Origin: Terriglobia bacterium
GTDB lineage: Bacteria > Acidobacteriota > Terriglobia > Terriglobales > Acidobacteriaceae
Direction of reading: 5' to 3'
NCBI GenBank assembly: GCA_963790645.1
Contig: CAWBPS010000006.1
Location: 11,405-75,404, forward strand
Length of the DNA stretch: 64,000 nucleotides
Part shown: positions 17,900 through 27,234 of the stretch, in pieces
Layout: every line of letters starts with the position of its first letter
How positions within the stretch are numbered: position 1 is the first letter of the stretch
The notes under the pieces: generated by a model
What the model saw: the letters and a program-made list of their open reading frames with translations, nothing else
Database searches by the model: none
What the model was told of the DNA's origin: nothing
Position numbers and translations under genes: made by a program

Positions 17900-18463
17900 A
17901 TGATCACCATCGTTTCTGGCCTGCCCCGTTCCGGCACCTCGCTCATGATGCAGATGCTGTCCGCGGGTGGCATGCCCATCCTCTCTGACGGAGAACGCCG
18001 GGCTGACGTTGACAACCCGCGAGGCTACCTGGAGTGGGAACGCATCAAGCAACTGCCCAAAGAGCCGACCTGTATTGCCGAAGCCGAAGGCAAAGCCGTG
18101 AAAGTGATCTCGCAGCTTTTGCTTTCTCTTCCGCCGCAGCATGAGTACCGGGTCATCTTTATGCAGCGGCCCTTGCCCGAAGTGATGGCGTCACAGGACG
18201 AGATGCTGCGTCGCCGGGGGAATTTCAATCCCGGAGAAGACAATTCCGTGGTGACACGAGCCTTCCAGGACCACCTGTCCGACGTTTACGCCTGGCTCAA
18301 TGGCAAAGCTCATGTGAAAGTGAATCGAGTGCAATATCACGCTGTCTTACACGAACCCAGGCAAACGGCGAAGACGGTGGCGACGTTTTTGGAAGTCGCG
18401 CTGGACGTCGAGGCCATGGCGAAGCAGGTGGATGGAACTTTGTACCGCCAGCGCCGCAAATAG
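17900..18463 (+). CDS. Sulfotransferase family protein
   Basis: N-terminal PAPS-binding loop (IVSGLPRSGTSLMMQML) in a 187-aa protein. Confidence 0.7.
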   Translation: MITIVSGLPRSGTSLMMQMLSAGGMPILSDGERRADVDNPRGYLEWERIKQLPKEPTCIAEAEGKAVKVISQLLLSLPPQHEYRVIFMQRPLPEVMASQDEMLRRRGNFNPGEDNSVVTRAFQDHLSDVYAWLNGKAHVKVNRVQYHAVLHEPRQTAKTVATFLEVALDVEAMAKQVDGTLYRQRRK

Positions 18464-18531
18464 TGATTCGCCCCATGTGGCCCGTGCGCATGTGTGCCCA
18501 TGTGGCCGCGGGCGACTCGCCCGCGACGCAT

Positions 18532-19068
18532 TTAGCCTTTGCCTGGCGGAAGCTGAAAACCGATCCTGCGCTTCGACGGGCCTTCGGGAACCATGAGCTC
18601 CTTGATGGCCTCGATGATGTCCTGAATCGAGGCGTCATGGGTTTCCAGGCGGCGGTCCAACTCGTCGATTTTGGCGGCGAGCAGGCGGTTTTTGACCAGC
18701 ATCTCGCGCATGCGCACGAAAGCGCGGACCACGAAAACGCTCATCTCGATGGCGCGCTCGGAATTGAGCACGGTGGCTGCCATGATGGCGCCGTGCTCGG
18801 TGAAGGCATAGGGTGGATAGCGGCGTCCGCCATGCCTCTTACTTGAGGTCACAATTTGTGACCTCAAGATTTGATCTTCTTTGGCCGTAAGCTGGAACAT
18901 GAAGTCCCCTGGGAACCGCTCGCGGTTGCGCTTTATCTGCTGGTTCAAGTGCTTAACGGGGACCCCGTAGAGCTCGGCGAGGTCGCTATCCAGAATGACC
19001 CGTTGGTGCCGGAGGATTAGAATTCGCGATTCCACGGGCATGGCGAGCTGTGCCGGGCGTTTTGGCAT
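18532..19068 (-). CDS. ORF6N-domain DNA-binding protein (KilA-N-related)
   Basis: ILRHQRVILDSDLAELYGV...NRERFPGDFMFQLT...LRSQIVTSS..HGGRRYPPYAFTEHGAIMAATVLNSERA is the ORF6N signature. Confidence 0.85.
   Translation of the reverse strand: MPKRPAQLAMPVESRILILRHQRVILDSDLAELYGVPVKHLNQQIKRNRERFPGDFMFQLTAKEDQILRSQIVTSSKRHGGRRYPPYAFTEHGAIMAATVLNSERAIEMSVFVVRAFVRMREMLVKNRLLAAKIDELDRRLETHDASIQDIIEAIKELMVPEGPSKRRIGFQLPPGKG
18842..18868. repeat. Perfect 13+1+13 palindrome inside ORF6N coding sequence
   Basis: CTTGAGGTCACAA T TTGTGACCTCAAG encodes the LRSQIVTSS motif. Confidence 0.9.
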
Positions 19069-19093
19069 GGACTACGGCAAGTATAGCGGATGG

Positions 19094-19120
19094 TTTGAGG
19101 TCACAATTTGTGATCTCAAA
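19094..19120. promoter_or_regulatory. Second copy of the ORF6N palindrome, 26 nt upstream of the ORF6N start (candidate operator)
   Basis: TTTGAGGTCACAA T TTGTGATCTCAAA. The central 25 nt match the intragenic copy at 24 of 25 positions. The flanks are unrelated. Confidence 0.45.
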
Positions 19121-19170
19121 AACTGGCAGCAGTTCAGGTCAGACACAGAAGGCGGGCGAGGGCGTCCGCC

Positions 19171-19198
19171 CCACATTCCACACTCCACACTCCACACA
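19171..19198. repeat. Heptamer repeat
   Basis: CCACATT CCACACT CCACACT CCACACA. Confidence 0.7.
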
Positions 19199-19201
19199 AT
19201 T

Positions 19202-21007
19202 CTAGGTGACGCTTACCTCGGTGTAGGTTCCGAAAACTTCGCGGAGGGCTTCGCAGATTTCGCCAACCGTCGCGTAGGCCCGCACCGCGTCCACAATGTA
19301 GGGCATGGTATTGGCGGATGAGATGTCGCCGTTTGCGGACGTTCGCGGTTCCTGGACAGCGGCTTTTTTCAAGGCGTCCAGACGCCGCTGGACTTCTTCA
19401 TTCGAACGGCGTGCGCGCAAGGCCTTGAGCTTTTCCGATTGATGCCGGGCCACGCTTTCATCGATGTACAGCGTATGCGGCGGTTCTTCCTCGACCACAA
19501 ACTCGTTCGCTCCCACTATGATCTTTTCTTTGGCTTCGACGGCGCGCTGGTATTGGTAGGACGCTTCAGCAACTTCTTTCTGCGGATAACCGCGCTCGAT
19601 GGCTTTGACCATGCCGCCCATGGCGTCCAGCTTGCCAAAATAGTCGAAGGCCCCCTTCTCCATTTGCAGGGTCAGGGTTTCGAGGAAATAAGACCCGCCC
19701 AGGGGATCGACTGTCTGGGTCACTCCCGATTCGTAAGCGATGATCTGCTGGGTGCGCAGCGCGATGCGCGCCGCTTCTTCCGTCGGCAGGGCGAAAGCCT
19801 CATCGTAGGAATCCGTGTGCAGCGACTGGGTGCCGCCCAGCACCGCCGCCATGGCCTGCAAGGCCGCCCGCGCGATGTTGTTCATAGGCTGCTGCGCCGT
19901 GAGTGAGACACCTGCCGTCTGGGTGTGGAAGCGAAGCAGGCGGCTGCGCTCGTTCTTTGCCTGGAAACGGTCCTTCATCACCTGGTACCAGATCTTGCGG
20001 GCTGCCCGGTATTTGGCAATCTCTTCAAAAAAATCGTTGTGGGCGTTGAAGAAGAAACTGAGCCGCGGCCCGAAGTCATCCACGTCGAGACCGCGCCGCT
20101 GCGCCCATTCCACGTACTCGACGCCGTCGTAAAGCGTGAAAGCCAACTCCTGCAGGGCGGTCGAGCCGGCCTCGCGAATGTGGTATCCGCTGATCGAAAT
20201 TGTGTTGAACTTTGGCGTAAACCTGGAACCAAACTCGAAGGTGTCCACCACCAGGCGCATCGAAGGCGCGGGGGGATAGATATATTCCTTCTGCGCGATG
20301 TACTCCTTCAGGATGTCGTTCTGCAGCGTGCCCGAAATTTTCTTCCAGTCGGCGCCCTGCTTTTCCGCGACCACCAGGTACATCGCCCATAGCACCGACG
20401 CGGGTGAGTTGATAGTCATCGAGACCGTGGTTTTTTCCAGGGGGATGCCGCCGAACAGGATCTCCATGTCCTCGAGCGAATCGATGGCCACGCCGCACTT
20501 GCCGACCTCGCCTTCGCTGGCGGGATGATCGGAGTCATACCCCATCAGCGTGGGAAGATCGAAGGCCACCGACAATCCGCCGCCGCCGCTTCCCAGCAGA
20601 TATTTGTAGCGCTGGTTGGTTTCTTCCGGCGAGGCGAAGCCGGAGAATTGCCGCATCGTGAACAGCTTGCCCCGATATCCGCTGGCGTGAATGCCGCGCG
20701 TGAACGGCGGCTGCCCGGGATGGCCCAGATATTTTTCTGCGCTCCAGTCAGCGGGCAGATCAGCGGGAGTATAAAGCCGCCGCACACGTACGCCGGAAAT
20801 TGTGGTGAAGCGGGCGTGGCCGTGCTCATCGCAATTTACGCCGGTGGACGCGCCGATCGGCTTCTCGGGCGCTTTTTCCAGAGTCGGCAGGAGCGTTTTC
20901 TCCGCCCACTCCTTTTCGCCCGGGGAGGGATGCCGGCCGTCAAACACATCGGCAATCGGGTTTTCCGCGATTTGCGGCTTGGAAGGCTTCTTATCAGGCA
21001 TGTGCAC
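19202..21007 (-). CDS. B12-dependent acyl-CoA mutase large (catalytic) subunit, isobutyryl-CoA-mutase-like signature
   Basis: Strong similarity by eye to the MutB catalytic barrel ([38 protein letters not shown]). TMRQF and [12 protein letters not shown] occupy the Tyr89 and Arg207 positions of MutB. Confidence 0.85.
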   Translation of the reverse strand: MHMPDKKPSKPQIAENPIADVFDGRHPSPGEKEWAEKTLLPTLEKAPEKPIGASTGVNCDEHGHARFTTISGVRVRRLYTPADLPADWSAEKYLGHPGQPPFTRGIHASGYRGKLFTMRQFSGFASPEETNQRYKYLLGSGGGGLSVAFDLPTLMGYDSDHPASEGEVGKCGVAIDSLEDMEILFGGIPLEKTTVSMTINSPASVLWAMYLVVAEKQGADWKKISGTLQNDILKEYIAQKEYIYPPAPSMRLVVDTFEFGSRFTPKFNTISISGYHIREAGSTALQELAFTLYDGVEYVEWAQRRGLDVDDFGPRLSFFFNAHNDFFEEIAKYRAARKIWYQVMKDRFQAKNERSRLLRFHTQTAGVSLTAQQPMNNIARAALQAMAAVLGGTQSLHTDSYDEAFALPTEEAARIALRTQQIIAYESGVTQTVDPLGGSYFLETLTLQMEKGAFDYFGKLDAMGGMVKAIERGYPQKEVAEASYQYQRAVEAKEKIIVGANEFVVEEEPPHTLYIDESVARHQSEKLKALRARRSNEEVQRRLDALKKAAVQEPRTSANGDISSANTMPYIVDAVRAYATVGEICEALREVFGTYTEVSVT

Positions 21008-21434
21008 TCCGCCTATCTCCGATCATAGAAGAGGCCAGTACGGCGGGCAAGGCACCAACTGAAGTCATCAACTGAAATCACGTGGGGACAGCCGCCCTCG
21101 GCTGTCCGGTCGAGTGAAACTCGACGAGTCTCTGCCGGAGACCAGCAGCGGAGCTTCTCTCCGCCGGACAGCCGAAGTGTCATCCTGAGCGGAGCAACTG
21201 TTTCGCGAAGCGAAGCAGCTACGGAGTCGAAGGACCCCTATATTCACGCGGATGCTGGCACTTCAAGAGAGAGCGCAGGACGTTCCTTCTTCCTGAGGTA
21301 GGGGTCCTTCGACTTCGTGAGCCATTCGCAAGCAAATGAGCTCACTCCGCTTGATTGGATAACGACGTTGGCTCGTCGCGGAGTAGAGTGGTATGCGATG
21401 AACACGACCAAGGCTCGTGAGAGGAGCCAACGTC

Positions 21435-22478
21435 ATGCTGATTATAGGCTGCGATTTTCATCCTGGCTTTCAGCAGGTCGCGATCTTTGACAACTTAACG
21501 GGTGAGATTCAGGAAAAGCGGTTACAGCACCGCGCCGAGGCGGAGCAGTTTTACCGCGGGCTGGCGGGCCAGGAAGTGCGGGTGGGGATGGAGGCCTGCG
21601 GGCACTATCCGTGGTTCGAGCGGCTGCTGGCGGAGCTGGGCTTCGAGTTGTGGTTCGGCGATGCGGCGAAGGTGCGAGCCTCGGTGGTGCGCAAGCAGAA
21701 GACGGACCGGCGGGATGCCGAACACTTGCTGGATCTATTGCGCGAGAATCGATTTCCGCAGATCTGGGTGCCGAGTCTGGAAGTGCGGGACGTGCGGCAG
21801 TTGCTGGTGCATCGCCACAAGCAAGTGCAGGCGCGGACGCGCACCAAGAACCAGCTGCAGGCCATGGCGCTGAGCCAGGGCGTGCAGAAAAAATACAAGC
21901 TGTGGACGAAGGCAGGGCGCGAGGAGATGGAGCAGTTGCCCTTGCTGCCGTATGCGGCCCAGCGGCGAAAGCAGTTGCTGCAATCGCTCGACGGACTGGA
22001 AGCGGAAATCAGCGAACTGGACCGGCGAGTGGCGGACGAAGCGCGGCAGCGGCCGGAGGCGGTGCGGCTGATGACGCATCCCGGAGTCGGTCCGGTAACG
22101 GCCTTGGCCCTGGTGCTGACCTTGGGACCGGCCAACCGATTCGAATCGGCCAAGCAAGTGGGCAGCTACTTCGGGCTGATTCCCAGTGAAGATTCCAGCG
22201 GCGGAAAACAGCGGCTGGGCAGGATCAGCAAACAGGGCAGTTCGTTTCTGCGCTTTTTGCTGGTGGAAGCGGGACAGACCGCGGCGCGGTTGGATCCGCA
22301 GCTGAAACGCTTCTATCGTCGCCTGGCGGCGCGCAAGAATCGCAGCGTCGCCAAGGTGGCCGTGGCCAGAAAACTGGCCACGCGGTTGTACCTGATGTTG
22401 CGCGAAGACTGGACGTACACGCAACTCTGTCAGGCCGTTATGCAGGTGAGCCTGAGTCATTCTGTGGCCGGCCACTAA
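21435..22478 (+). CDS. IS110-family DEDD transposase
   Basis: The N-terminal RuvC-like domain (MLIIGCDFH...VGMEACG) and C-terminal Transposase_20 motif (HPGVGPVTALALV...SAKQVGSYFGLIPSEDSSGGKQRLGRISKQGSSFLR) are present. ATG at 21435 follows GAGGAG. Confidence 0.9.
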   Translation: MLIIGCDFHPGFQQVAIFDNLTGEIQEKRLQHRAEAEQFYRGLAGQEVRVGMEACGHYPWFERLLAELGFELWFGDAAKVRASVVRKQKTDRRDAEHLLDLLRENRFPQIWVPSLEVRDVRQLLVHRHKQVQARTRTKNQLQAMALSQGVQKKYKLWTKAGREEMEQLPLLPYAAQRRKQLLQSLDGLEAEISELDRRVADEARQRPEAVRLMTHPGVGPVTALALVLTLGPANRFESAKQVGSYFGLIPSEDSSGGKQRLGRISKQGSSFLRFLLVEAGQTAARLDPQLKRFYRRLAARKNRSVAKVAVARKLATRLYLMLREDWTYTQLCQAVMQVSLSHSVAGH

Positions 22479-22724
22479 GAGCCGAGCGCTTGAGTGGGCA
22501 GCCTGCCTCCCTGAAAAGGTCAGGGAGATCGAACTGAGCAATCATGGGAGCTAGTCCCGAAGAGATGGATAGTGGAACCTGAGGTTCCACTGCGAGATTG
22601 AAATCGAATGACGACCTTGGTCTGGGAGTCAAATACCTTCTACCAGAGCGAAATGGCGCCACTCACCGCGTCCACGCCGTAGTGTCGCTACAGAACTCTT
22701 GACAGGGCACACCGTCGTTAGAGA
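22479..22724 (+). ncRNA. Candidate bridge/seek RNA region in the IS right end
   Basis: The region is non-coding and contains hairpins TCCCTGA-AAAGG-TCAGGGA (22508-22526) and AGTGGAACC-TGA-GGTTCCACT (22571-22591). The position matches IS1111-type elements. No guide pairing was demonstrated. Confidence 0.3.
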
Positions 22725-22776
22725 CAGGATGACAGGGGGCTGTCCCCATGTGATTCATTCCAGGCACGTGCACCTG

Positions 22777-22891
22777 TGTGGGGCGGACACTCTTGTCCGC
22801 CGCCTTTGACTTTGTTTTTGAGCATATCGGACCGATGGCGAGACTGGTAAGGCAACTTCAAAAGCGTCGGACAAGAGTGTCCGACCCACAC
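22777..22891. repeat. REP/BIME-like inverted pair (GTGGG head plus GGACACTCTTGTCC hairpin)
   Basis: The element reads GTGTGGGGCGGACACTCTTGTCCGCC ... GTCGGACAAGAGTGTCCGACCCACAC. Confidence 0.8.
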
Positions 22892-22895
22892 CGGA

Positions 22896-25310
22896 CTATG
22901 GTCCCACTACTGGCGGCGTGGGCGGACCCTCGTCCTTCTTTTCGGCATCGGGCTTGGGGACGCCAGGAGGCAGCACGTTTGCCTTGGTGAGCCCGCCACC
23001 ATCGTCTCCTAAAGCTCGAGTCTGCACCGTCATTCCGGACGCCTTGCGCAGATCTTTCAGAATGTCCTGGCGGTCGTGGCCGGCGTATTCGCGGGCAAAG
23101 CGGGTAAGTGCTTCGGTCAGAATATCGTGATGATGCAGCGTCTCCAGGCCCGGCTCGCGCGTGATGTTCAGCCACAAGCGATGCACCAGATGCACGTCTT
23201 CCGTCTTCAGCGACGGCGTGTGTGGACCAATGTGGAAGGTGTCAACCTTGAGATTGGGATAGATGACCTGGAAAATGAATTGCCGCTTAGGCTCGGGCAT
23301 GGCCTCCCAGGCATGGCCCAGGTAGAAGGCCTGTTCCTGGGCACTCATCTTGCTGGAGAGTCCCGAAACCACAGCGGAGCTTTCCAGGTTGTTGGCGGTC
23401 TGCACGATCGCCGACCAGGGATCGCGCGCGGGCACCACCAGCAGTGAGACATGTTTGCCGAAATTTTCCGCGACCGACACCGCCCGGGTAAACAACTGCT
23501 GCTCGTAGTCGCTGAATATCTGCTCCGTTGAAAGATCATAGGCCGCGGTGCCGAACTGGCTCACCCGGGCCGACATGACCACGATGTCCTGCTCCTTCGT
23601 GTCGATACGCTCCAGCACCCACTTGAGATGGTTCAGCGTGTTGTAATCGCGCACCGTCACCATCACATTCCCGGCCCGGATGCCCAGTCCGGAGCGCTCC
23701 ACCGTATCGCTTTGCAGCAACTGGAAGTGCTCCTTCATGTGCTGCTCGGCCAGGGCGTGCTTGCTCCGGTTAACCCGCTCGGAGATGGTAAAAATCAGGA
23801 AAAACGCGCCCGCGAAACCGAGACCGGCAACCGTGGCGATCGACTTGGTGAACAGATTGAGGATGGCGGTGCAGAACAGCACCAGAAAGACGGCGAACAG
23901 TCCCACCGGCAACTCGTGGCCGGCGATGGTGATGTTGGGCGGCACTTTCCAGCCGCGCTCGCCTTTGTACTTGATGCGCAGCACCAGCATGGCGAGACTG
24001 TTGAAGGTGAAGCTCCAGATCACGCCAAAGGCGTAGGCCTCGCCCAGCAGATACACGTTGCCGCGGCTCACCAGAATAGTGAAGATCTGCAGAATCACGA
24101 CCAGGTTGACGATCCGGTAAGTGGTCCCGAATCGCGGATGCGGCTGCCGGAACCAGTCCGTGAGAACGCCGTCTTCTGAAATACGGTTAAGAACGCCGTT
24201 GGAACCGATGATCGCGGTATTGACCGCGCCCGAAAGGATCAGGAAGCCCACCACCACCACAAAGGCCCGGAAAGCCAGACGCAGCAGCAACGGGCCGTAC
24301 TGATACATGGCGAGGCCGGCAATAAGATTGTCTTTGTAAACCGGGACCCGGACCGAGTCCGGAATAATCATGACGAACAGCAGCGCCGTGAGCCCGGTAA
24401 AGACGAAACTGTAAACCGCGATAATGATGGCGGCGCGCTTCAGGTTCTTCAGCTTGGGATGGGCCAGCTCGCGGTTGACCTGGGCCAGCGATTCCTCGCC
24501 GCTCATGGCCAGCACGGAATGGCCGAAGGCAATCAGGATGCCGAGAATGGCGAATTTGGAGGCCAGGCCGTGCGCCAGGTCGGTGTGCTTCAAAAAGCCC
24601 AGCGCCTCTTCGCTGAACTTCAGGCTGTCGGCAGTGGGCAGCGGCACGGTCTGGTAGCCCTGCTTCATCAGGGTAAGGGCCGACCAGCCCAGTAGGATGA
24701 CCACCATCACCGTGGTGATCTGCATTACCCGCAGGGCCTTCTCGCTGGATTCCTGAATCCCCTTGGTGTTCTGCCACCAGAAGTACGTGGTCACGGCCAG
24801 AGCAAATACTACCGAGGTCCAGTTGACGTCCAGGTGTGGCGTCCCGTGAAACAGGTTGTGCAGGGCCCGCGGGATCCAGCCGTGGGCCTCGGCGGCGGCG
24901 AAAGTGTCATTGATCAGTCCGGCGATGTACTGTCCCGCCGAGACCCCCGAGATCGGGCCGGTCAGGATGTAATCGAACATGAGAGCGGAAACGCTGACCT
25001 TGGCCAGGGTCCCGCCCAGCGCCTCCTTGACCACGCGGTAAACCCCGCCGCGGACGAACATGGAACAACTCTCGACGTAAACCGCCCGGACGGCAAAAGA
25101 GAACAACATCACCGCCACGATGAACCAGGGCGCCGACTTCCCGATGGCCTGCTCGGCAATGCCGGCAGCATAGAAGGCGGACGAACCCAGGTCATTCAGC
25201 ACTATGGCGGCCGCCCGCCAATAGGAGATGAACGTCAGCATCACCGAGGTCGCGACTACAATGCGAACGCGATCAGCGGTTGAACCTGCGGGTTGTAAAG
25301 GAGTTGCCAT
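22896..25310 (-). CDS. APC-family amino acid permease with C-terminal cytoplasmic (USP-like) domain
   Basis: 804 aa. About 12 TM helices are followed by a soluble domain (DIVVMSARVSQF...LLVVPARDPW). Confidence 0.8.
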   Translation of the reverse strand: MATPLQPAGSTADRVRIVVATSVMLTFISYWRAAAIVLNDLGSSAFYAAGIAEQAIGKSAPWFIVAVMLFSFAVRAVYVESCSMFVRGGVYRVVKEALGGTLAKVSVSALMFDYILTGPISGVSAGQYIAGLINDTFAAAEAHGWIPRALHNLFHGTPHLDVNWTSVVFALAVTTYFWWQNTKGIQESSEKALRVMQITTVMVVILLGWSALTLMKQGYQTVPLPTADSLKFSEEALGFLKHTDLAHGLASKFAILGILIAFGHSVLAMSGEESLAQVNRELAHPKLKNLKRAAIIIAVYSFVFTGLTALLFVMIIPDSVRVPVYKDNLIAGLAMYQYGPLLLRLAFRAFVVVVGFLILSGAVNTAIIGSNGVLNRISEDGVLTDWFRQPHPRFGTTYRIVNLVVILQIFTILVSRGNVYLLGEAYAFGVIWSFTFNSLAMLVLRIKYKGERGWKVPPNITIAGHELPVGLFAVFLVLFCTAILNLFTKSIATVAGLGFAGAFFLIFTISERVNRSKHALAEQHMKEHFQLLQSDTVERSGLGIRAGNVMVTVRDYNTLNHLKWVLERIDTKEQDIVVMSARVSQFGTAAYDLSTEQIFSDYEQQLFTRAVSVAENFGKHVSLLVVPARDPWSAIVQTANNLESSAVVSGLSSKMSAQEQAFYLGHAWEAMPEPKRQFIFQVIYPNLKVDTFHIGPHTPSLKTEDVHLVHRLWLNITREPGLETLHHHDILTEALTRFAREYAGHDRQDILKDLRKASGMTVQTRALGDDGGGLTKANVLPPGVPKPDAEKKDEGPPTPPVVGP

Positions 25311-25588
25311 TGCGAGGCGGCCTAGCTGATGTCCGAAGCGGTATCCCTACGGAGCAGCGGCGTCCCGATATGTTCCATGCCCCGGCTCAGTACGGCCCCG
25401 GAGCCCGGAACTCCCGTGATGCATAAGAACTGTAGCAGAAGAATTCTATCCCTGAGGAGAGGACCCATACGCGCTAGGTATGTTAGCCCATAGCGGCACG
25501 GCGGCATAGATGGAAAAAGCGAATACGCCCAATCGCTTCAACCCACGTGGTCTGATCTGGCAAGGGACCACTTTGCTATTCTTTCCGC

Positions 25589-27232
25589 ATGTGGCGGATG
25601 CATAAAAGCGCATGGCTGCTGGTCTTGCTATCGGCGGGCCTGCAGATTCTGATTTTTCCCCTGCCCAATCTGTATTTTCTGGGCTGGGCGGCGGTGGCTC
25701 CCCTGCTTATCGCGCTTTTGCGCGCCCGGCAACCAGATACCCTGCAGCTTCAGGCCGGAGTGAAGCTGCTGCCGGCCAAGCCGGCCCAGGCTTTTCTTCT
25801 AGCCTACATCTGCGGAATTCTCTGGTACGCCGGAACCTGCTACTGGATCTACCACACCATGCGCCAGTACGGCGGGGTAGGCACGCTGGCCGCGCTGGGG
25901 CTGCTCTTTCTTTTCTGCCTTTACCTGGCCCTCTATCACGGCCTCTTCGGCTTGCTGATCGGACTGCTGGCAAGGGGCGGCGTGGGAACAAACCCATTCA
26001 GCCGCCGGGCGCTGGTTCTGGCCCCGGCAGCCTGGGTTGCCGTGGAACTGGCCCGCACCCGCATCACCGGCTTTCCCTGGGACCTGCTGGGCGTCACCCA
26101 GGTGGACAATATTCCGCTGGCCCACATCGCGACGCTCACTGGCGTTTACGGACTGTCGTTCGAAATCATGGTGGTCAATACCGCCCTGGCCGCCGCTTTC
26201 GTCATTCGGAGCGAAAGGGGCCAAGGCAGCAAACGGAAACCGCTTCTGCTGGCCACGGCCGCTGCCGTGATTGTGCTGCAAGCCGGAAGCCTGGTCAGCC
26301 CGCCGCCCCTGCCCACCGACCACACCGCCCGCCTGGTGCAACAGAACATTCCGGTACTGCAGGGAAGCGACTGGACCAAGGAATATTTCGAGGGAACGCT
26401 GCGGGACTTGAGCCGCATAAGTTTGAATGTTCCCGGTCCAGAGCAGTCATCTGCTTCCCCGGCGGCGCCCGCTGTGCGTCCTGACCTGATTGCCTGGCCA
26501 GAGTCTCCGGCACCGTTCTATACCAGCGATCCCGCCTTCCGGGAGGCGGTCAGCAACATCGCCCGCGAGGCCCAGACCTGGATGCTGGTGGGGAGTCTGG
26601 GCAGCCGCAATGCCTCGGAGACCCCGGAGCACGCCACCCAGCTCTACAACTCCGGCAGCCTGGTCAGCCCGGGAGGCGAGTGGGTGGGGCGCTATGACAA
26701 GATGCACCTGGTCCCATTCGGGGAGTATGTCCCGTTCAAGCGTGTGTTTGGTTTTGCCGGCGGCCTGACCCAGGAGGTCGGCGATTTTTCGCCGGGCACC
26801 TCGCGGGCGCCGCTTCAGGCCGGCGGCAAGCTGGGCGTCTTTATCTGCTATGAATCCATCTTCCCGGACGAGATCCGGCAACTGGCGGCCAATGGCGCCC
26901 AGGTGTTCGTGAATATATCCAACGACGGCTGGTACGGCGACAGCGGAGCCTATGCCCAGCACCTGAAGCAGGCCCGCATGCGCGCCGTCGAAAATGACCG
27001 CTGGCTGCTGCGCGATACCAACACCGGGGTGACCGCGTCGATCGATCCCTACGGCAGAGTTGTGTCCAGCCTTCCCCGCAAGGTCCGCGCCGCCCTCGAT
27101 GCTCCCTACGCCCTCACCAACGTAACCACGTTCTACACCCGTCACGGCGACTGGTTCGCTTACCTGTGTGCGATAATTTCTGTAGCGGGACTGCTGTTGA
27201 ATTTCCGGTCCCGCGCCAGGACAGAAACTTAA
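25589..27232 (+). CDS. lnt: Apolipoprotein N-acyltransferase
   Basis: N-terminal TM helices plus a C-terminal nitrilase-type CN hydrolase domain (LIAWPESP, KMHLVPFGEYVP, GVFICYESIFPD, NISNDGWYG). Confidence 0.9.
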   Translation: MWRMHKSAWLLVLLSAGLQILIFPLPNLYFLGWAAVAPLLIALLRARQPDTLQLQAGVKLLPAKPAQAFLLAYICGILWYAGTCYWIYHTMRQYGGVGTLAALGLLFLFCLYLALYHGLFGLLIGLLARGGVGTNPFSRRALVLAPAAWVAVELARTRITGFPWDLLGVTQVDNIPLAHIATLTGVYGLSFEIMVVNTALAAAFVIRSERGQGSKRKPLLLATAAAVIVLQAGSLVSPPPLPTDHTARLVQQNIPVLQGSDWTKEYFEGTLRDLSRISLNVPGPEQSSASPAAPAVRPDLIAWPESPAPFYTSDPAFREAVSNIAREAQTWMLVGSLGSRNASETPEHATQLYNSGSLVSPGGEWVGRYDKMHLVPFGEYVPFKRVFGFAGGLTQEVGDFSPGTSRAPLQAGGKLGVFICYESIFPDEIRQLAANGAQVFVNISNDGWYGDSGAYAQHLKQARMRAVENDRWLLRDTNTGVTASIDPYGRVVSSLPRKVRAALDAPYALTNVTTFYTRHGDWFAYLCAIISVAGLLLNFRSRARTET

Positions 27233-27234
27233 TC

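Larger units (their letters stand above)
21352..22724 (+). mobile_element. IS110-family insertion sequence, IS1111-like architecture (1373 bp)
   Basis: Boundaries were inferred by comparison with intact family C arms (...CCGCT^CAGGATGAC). Subterminal 8-bp inverted repeats TAACGACG and CGTCGTTA are present, and there is no direct repeat. The transposase lies close to the left end and a 246-nt non-coding right end follows. Confidence 0.8.
21079..22752. repeat. Family B REP-like element (copy B1), interrupted by a family C element that is itself interrupted by an IS
   Basis: The left terminus is CACGTGGGGACAGCCGCCCTCGGCTGTCC at 21079. The right terminus is GGGGGCTGTCCCCATGTG at 22735-22752. Intact relatives lie at 29640-29774 and 62703-62836. 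Confidence 0.8.

Noticed and set aside
21352-21434. The sequence GCGGAGT in the IS left end (21378-21384) is complementary to ACTCCGC in the target left flank. It could be a guide segment.
   Set aside because: A 7-nt match is weak evidence on its own. The left non-coding end (83 nt) is short, and the architecture points to the 3' end as the RNA-coding region. It is mentioned only as something to test.
21079-22752. The nested structure as a composite transposon or genomic island carrying cargo.
   Set aside because: The only gene inside is the IS transposase. Everything else is accounted for by the two interrupted repeats.
25311-25588. The 278-nt divergent spacer between the permease and lnt as a possible riboswitch for the amino acid permease.
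   Set aside because: I could not recognise any known riboswitch core (glycine, lysine, SAM, guanidine and others) or a convincing terminator/antiterminator pair by eye. A covariance-model scan would be needed.
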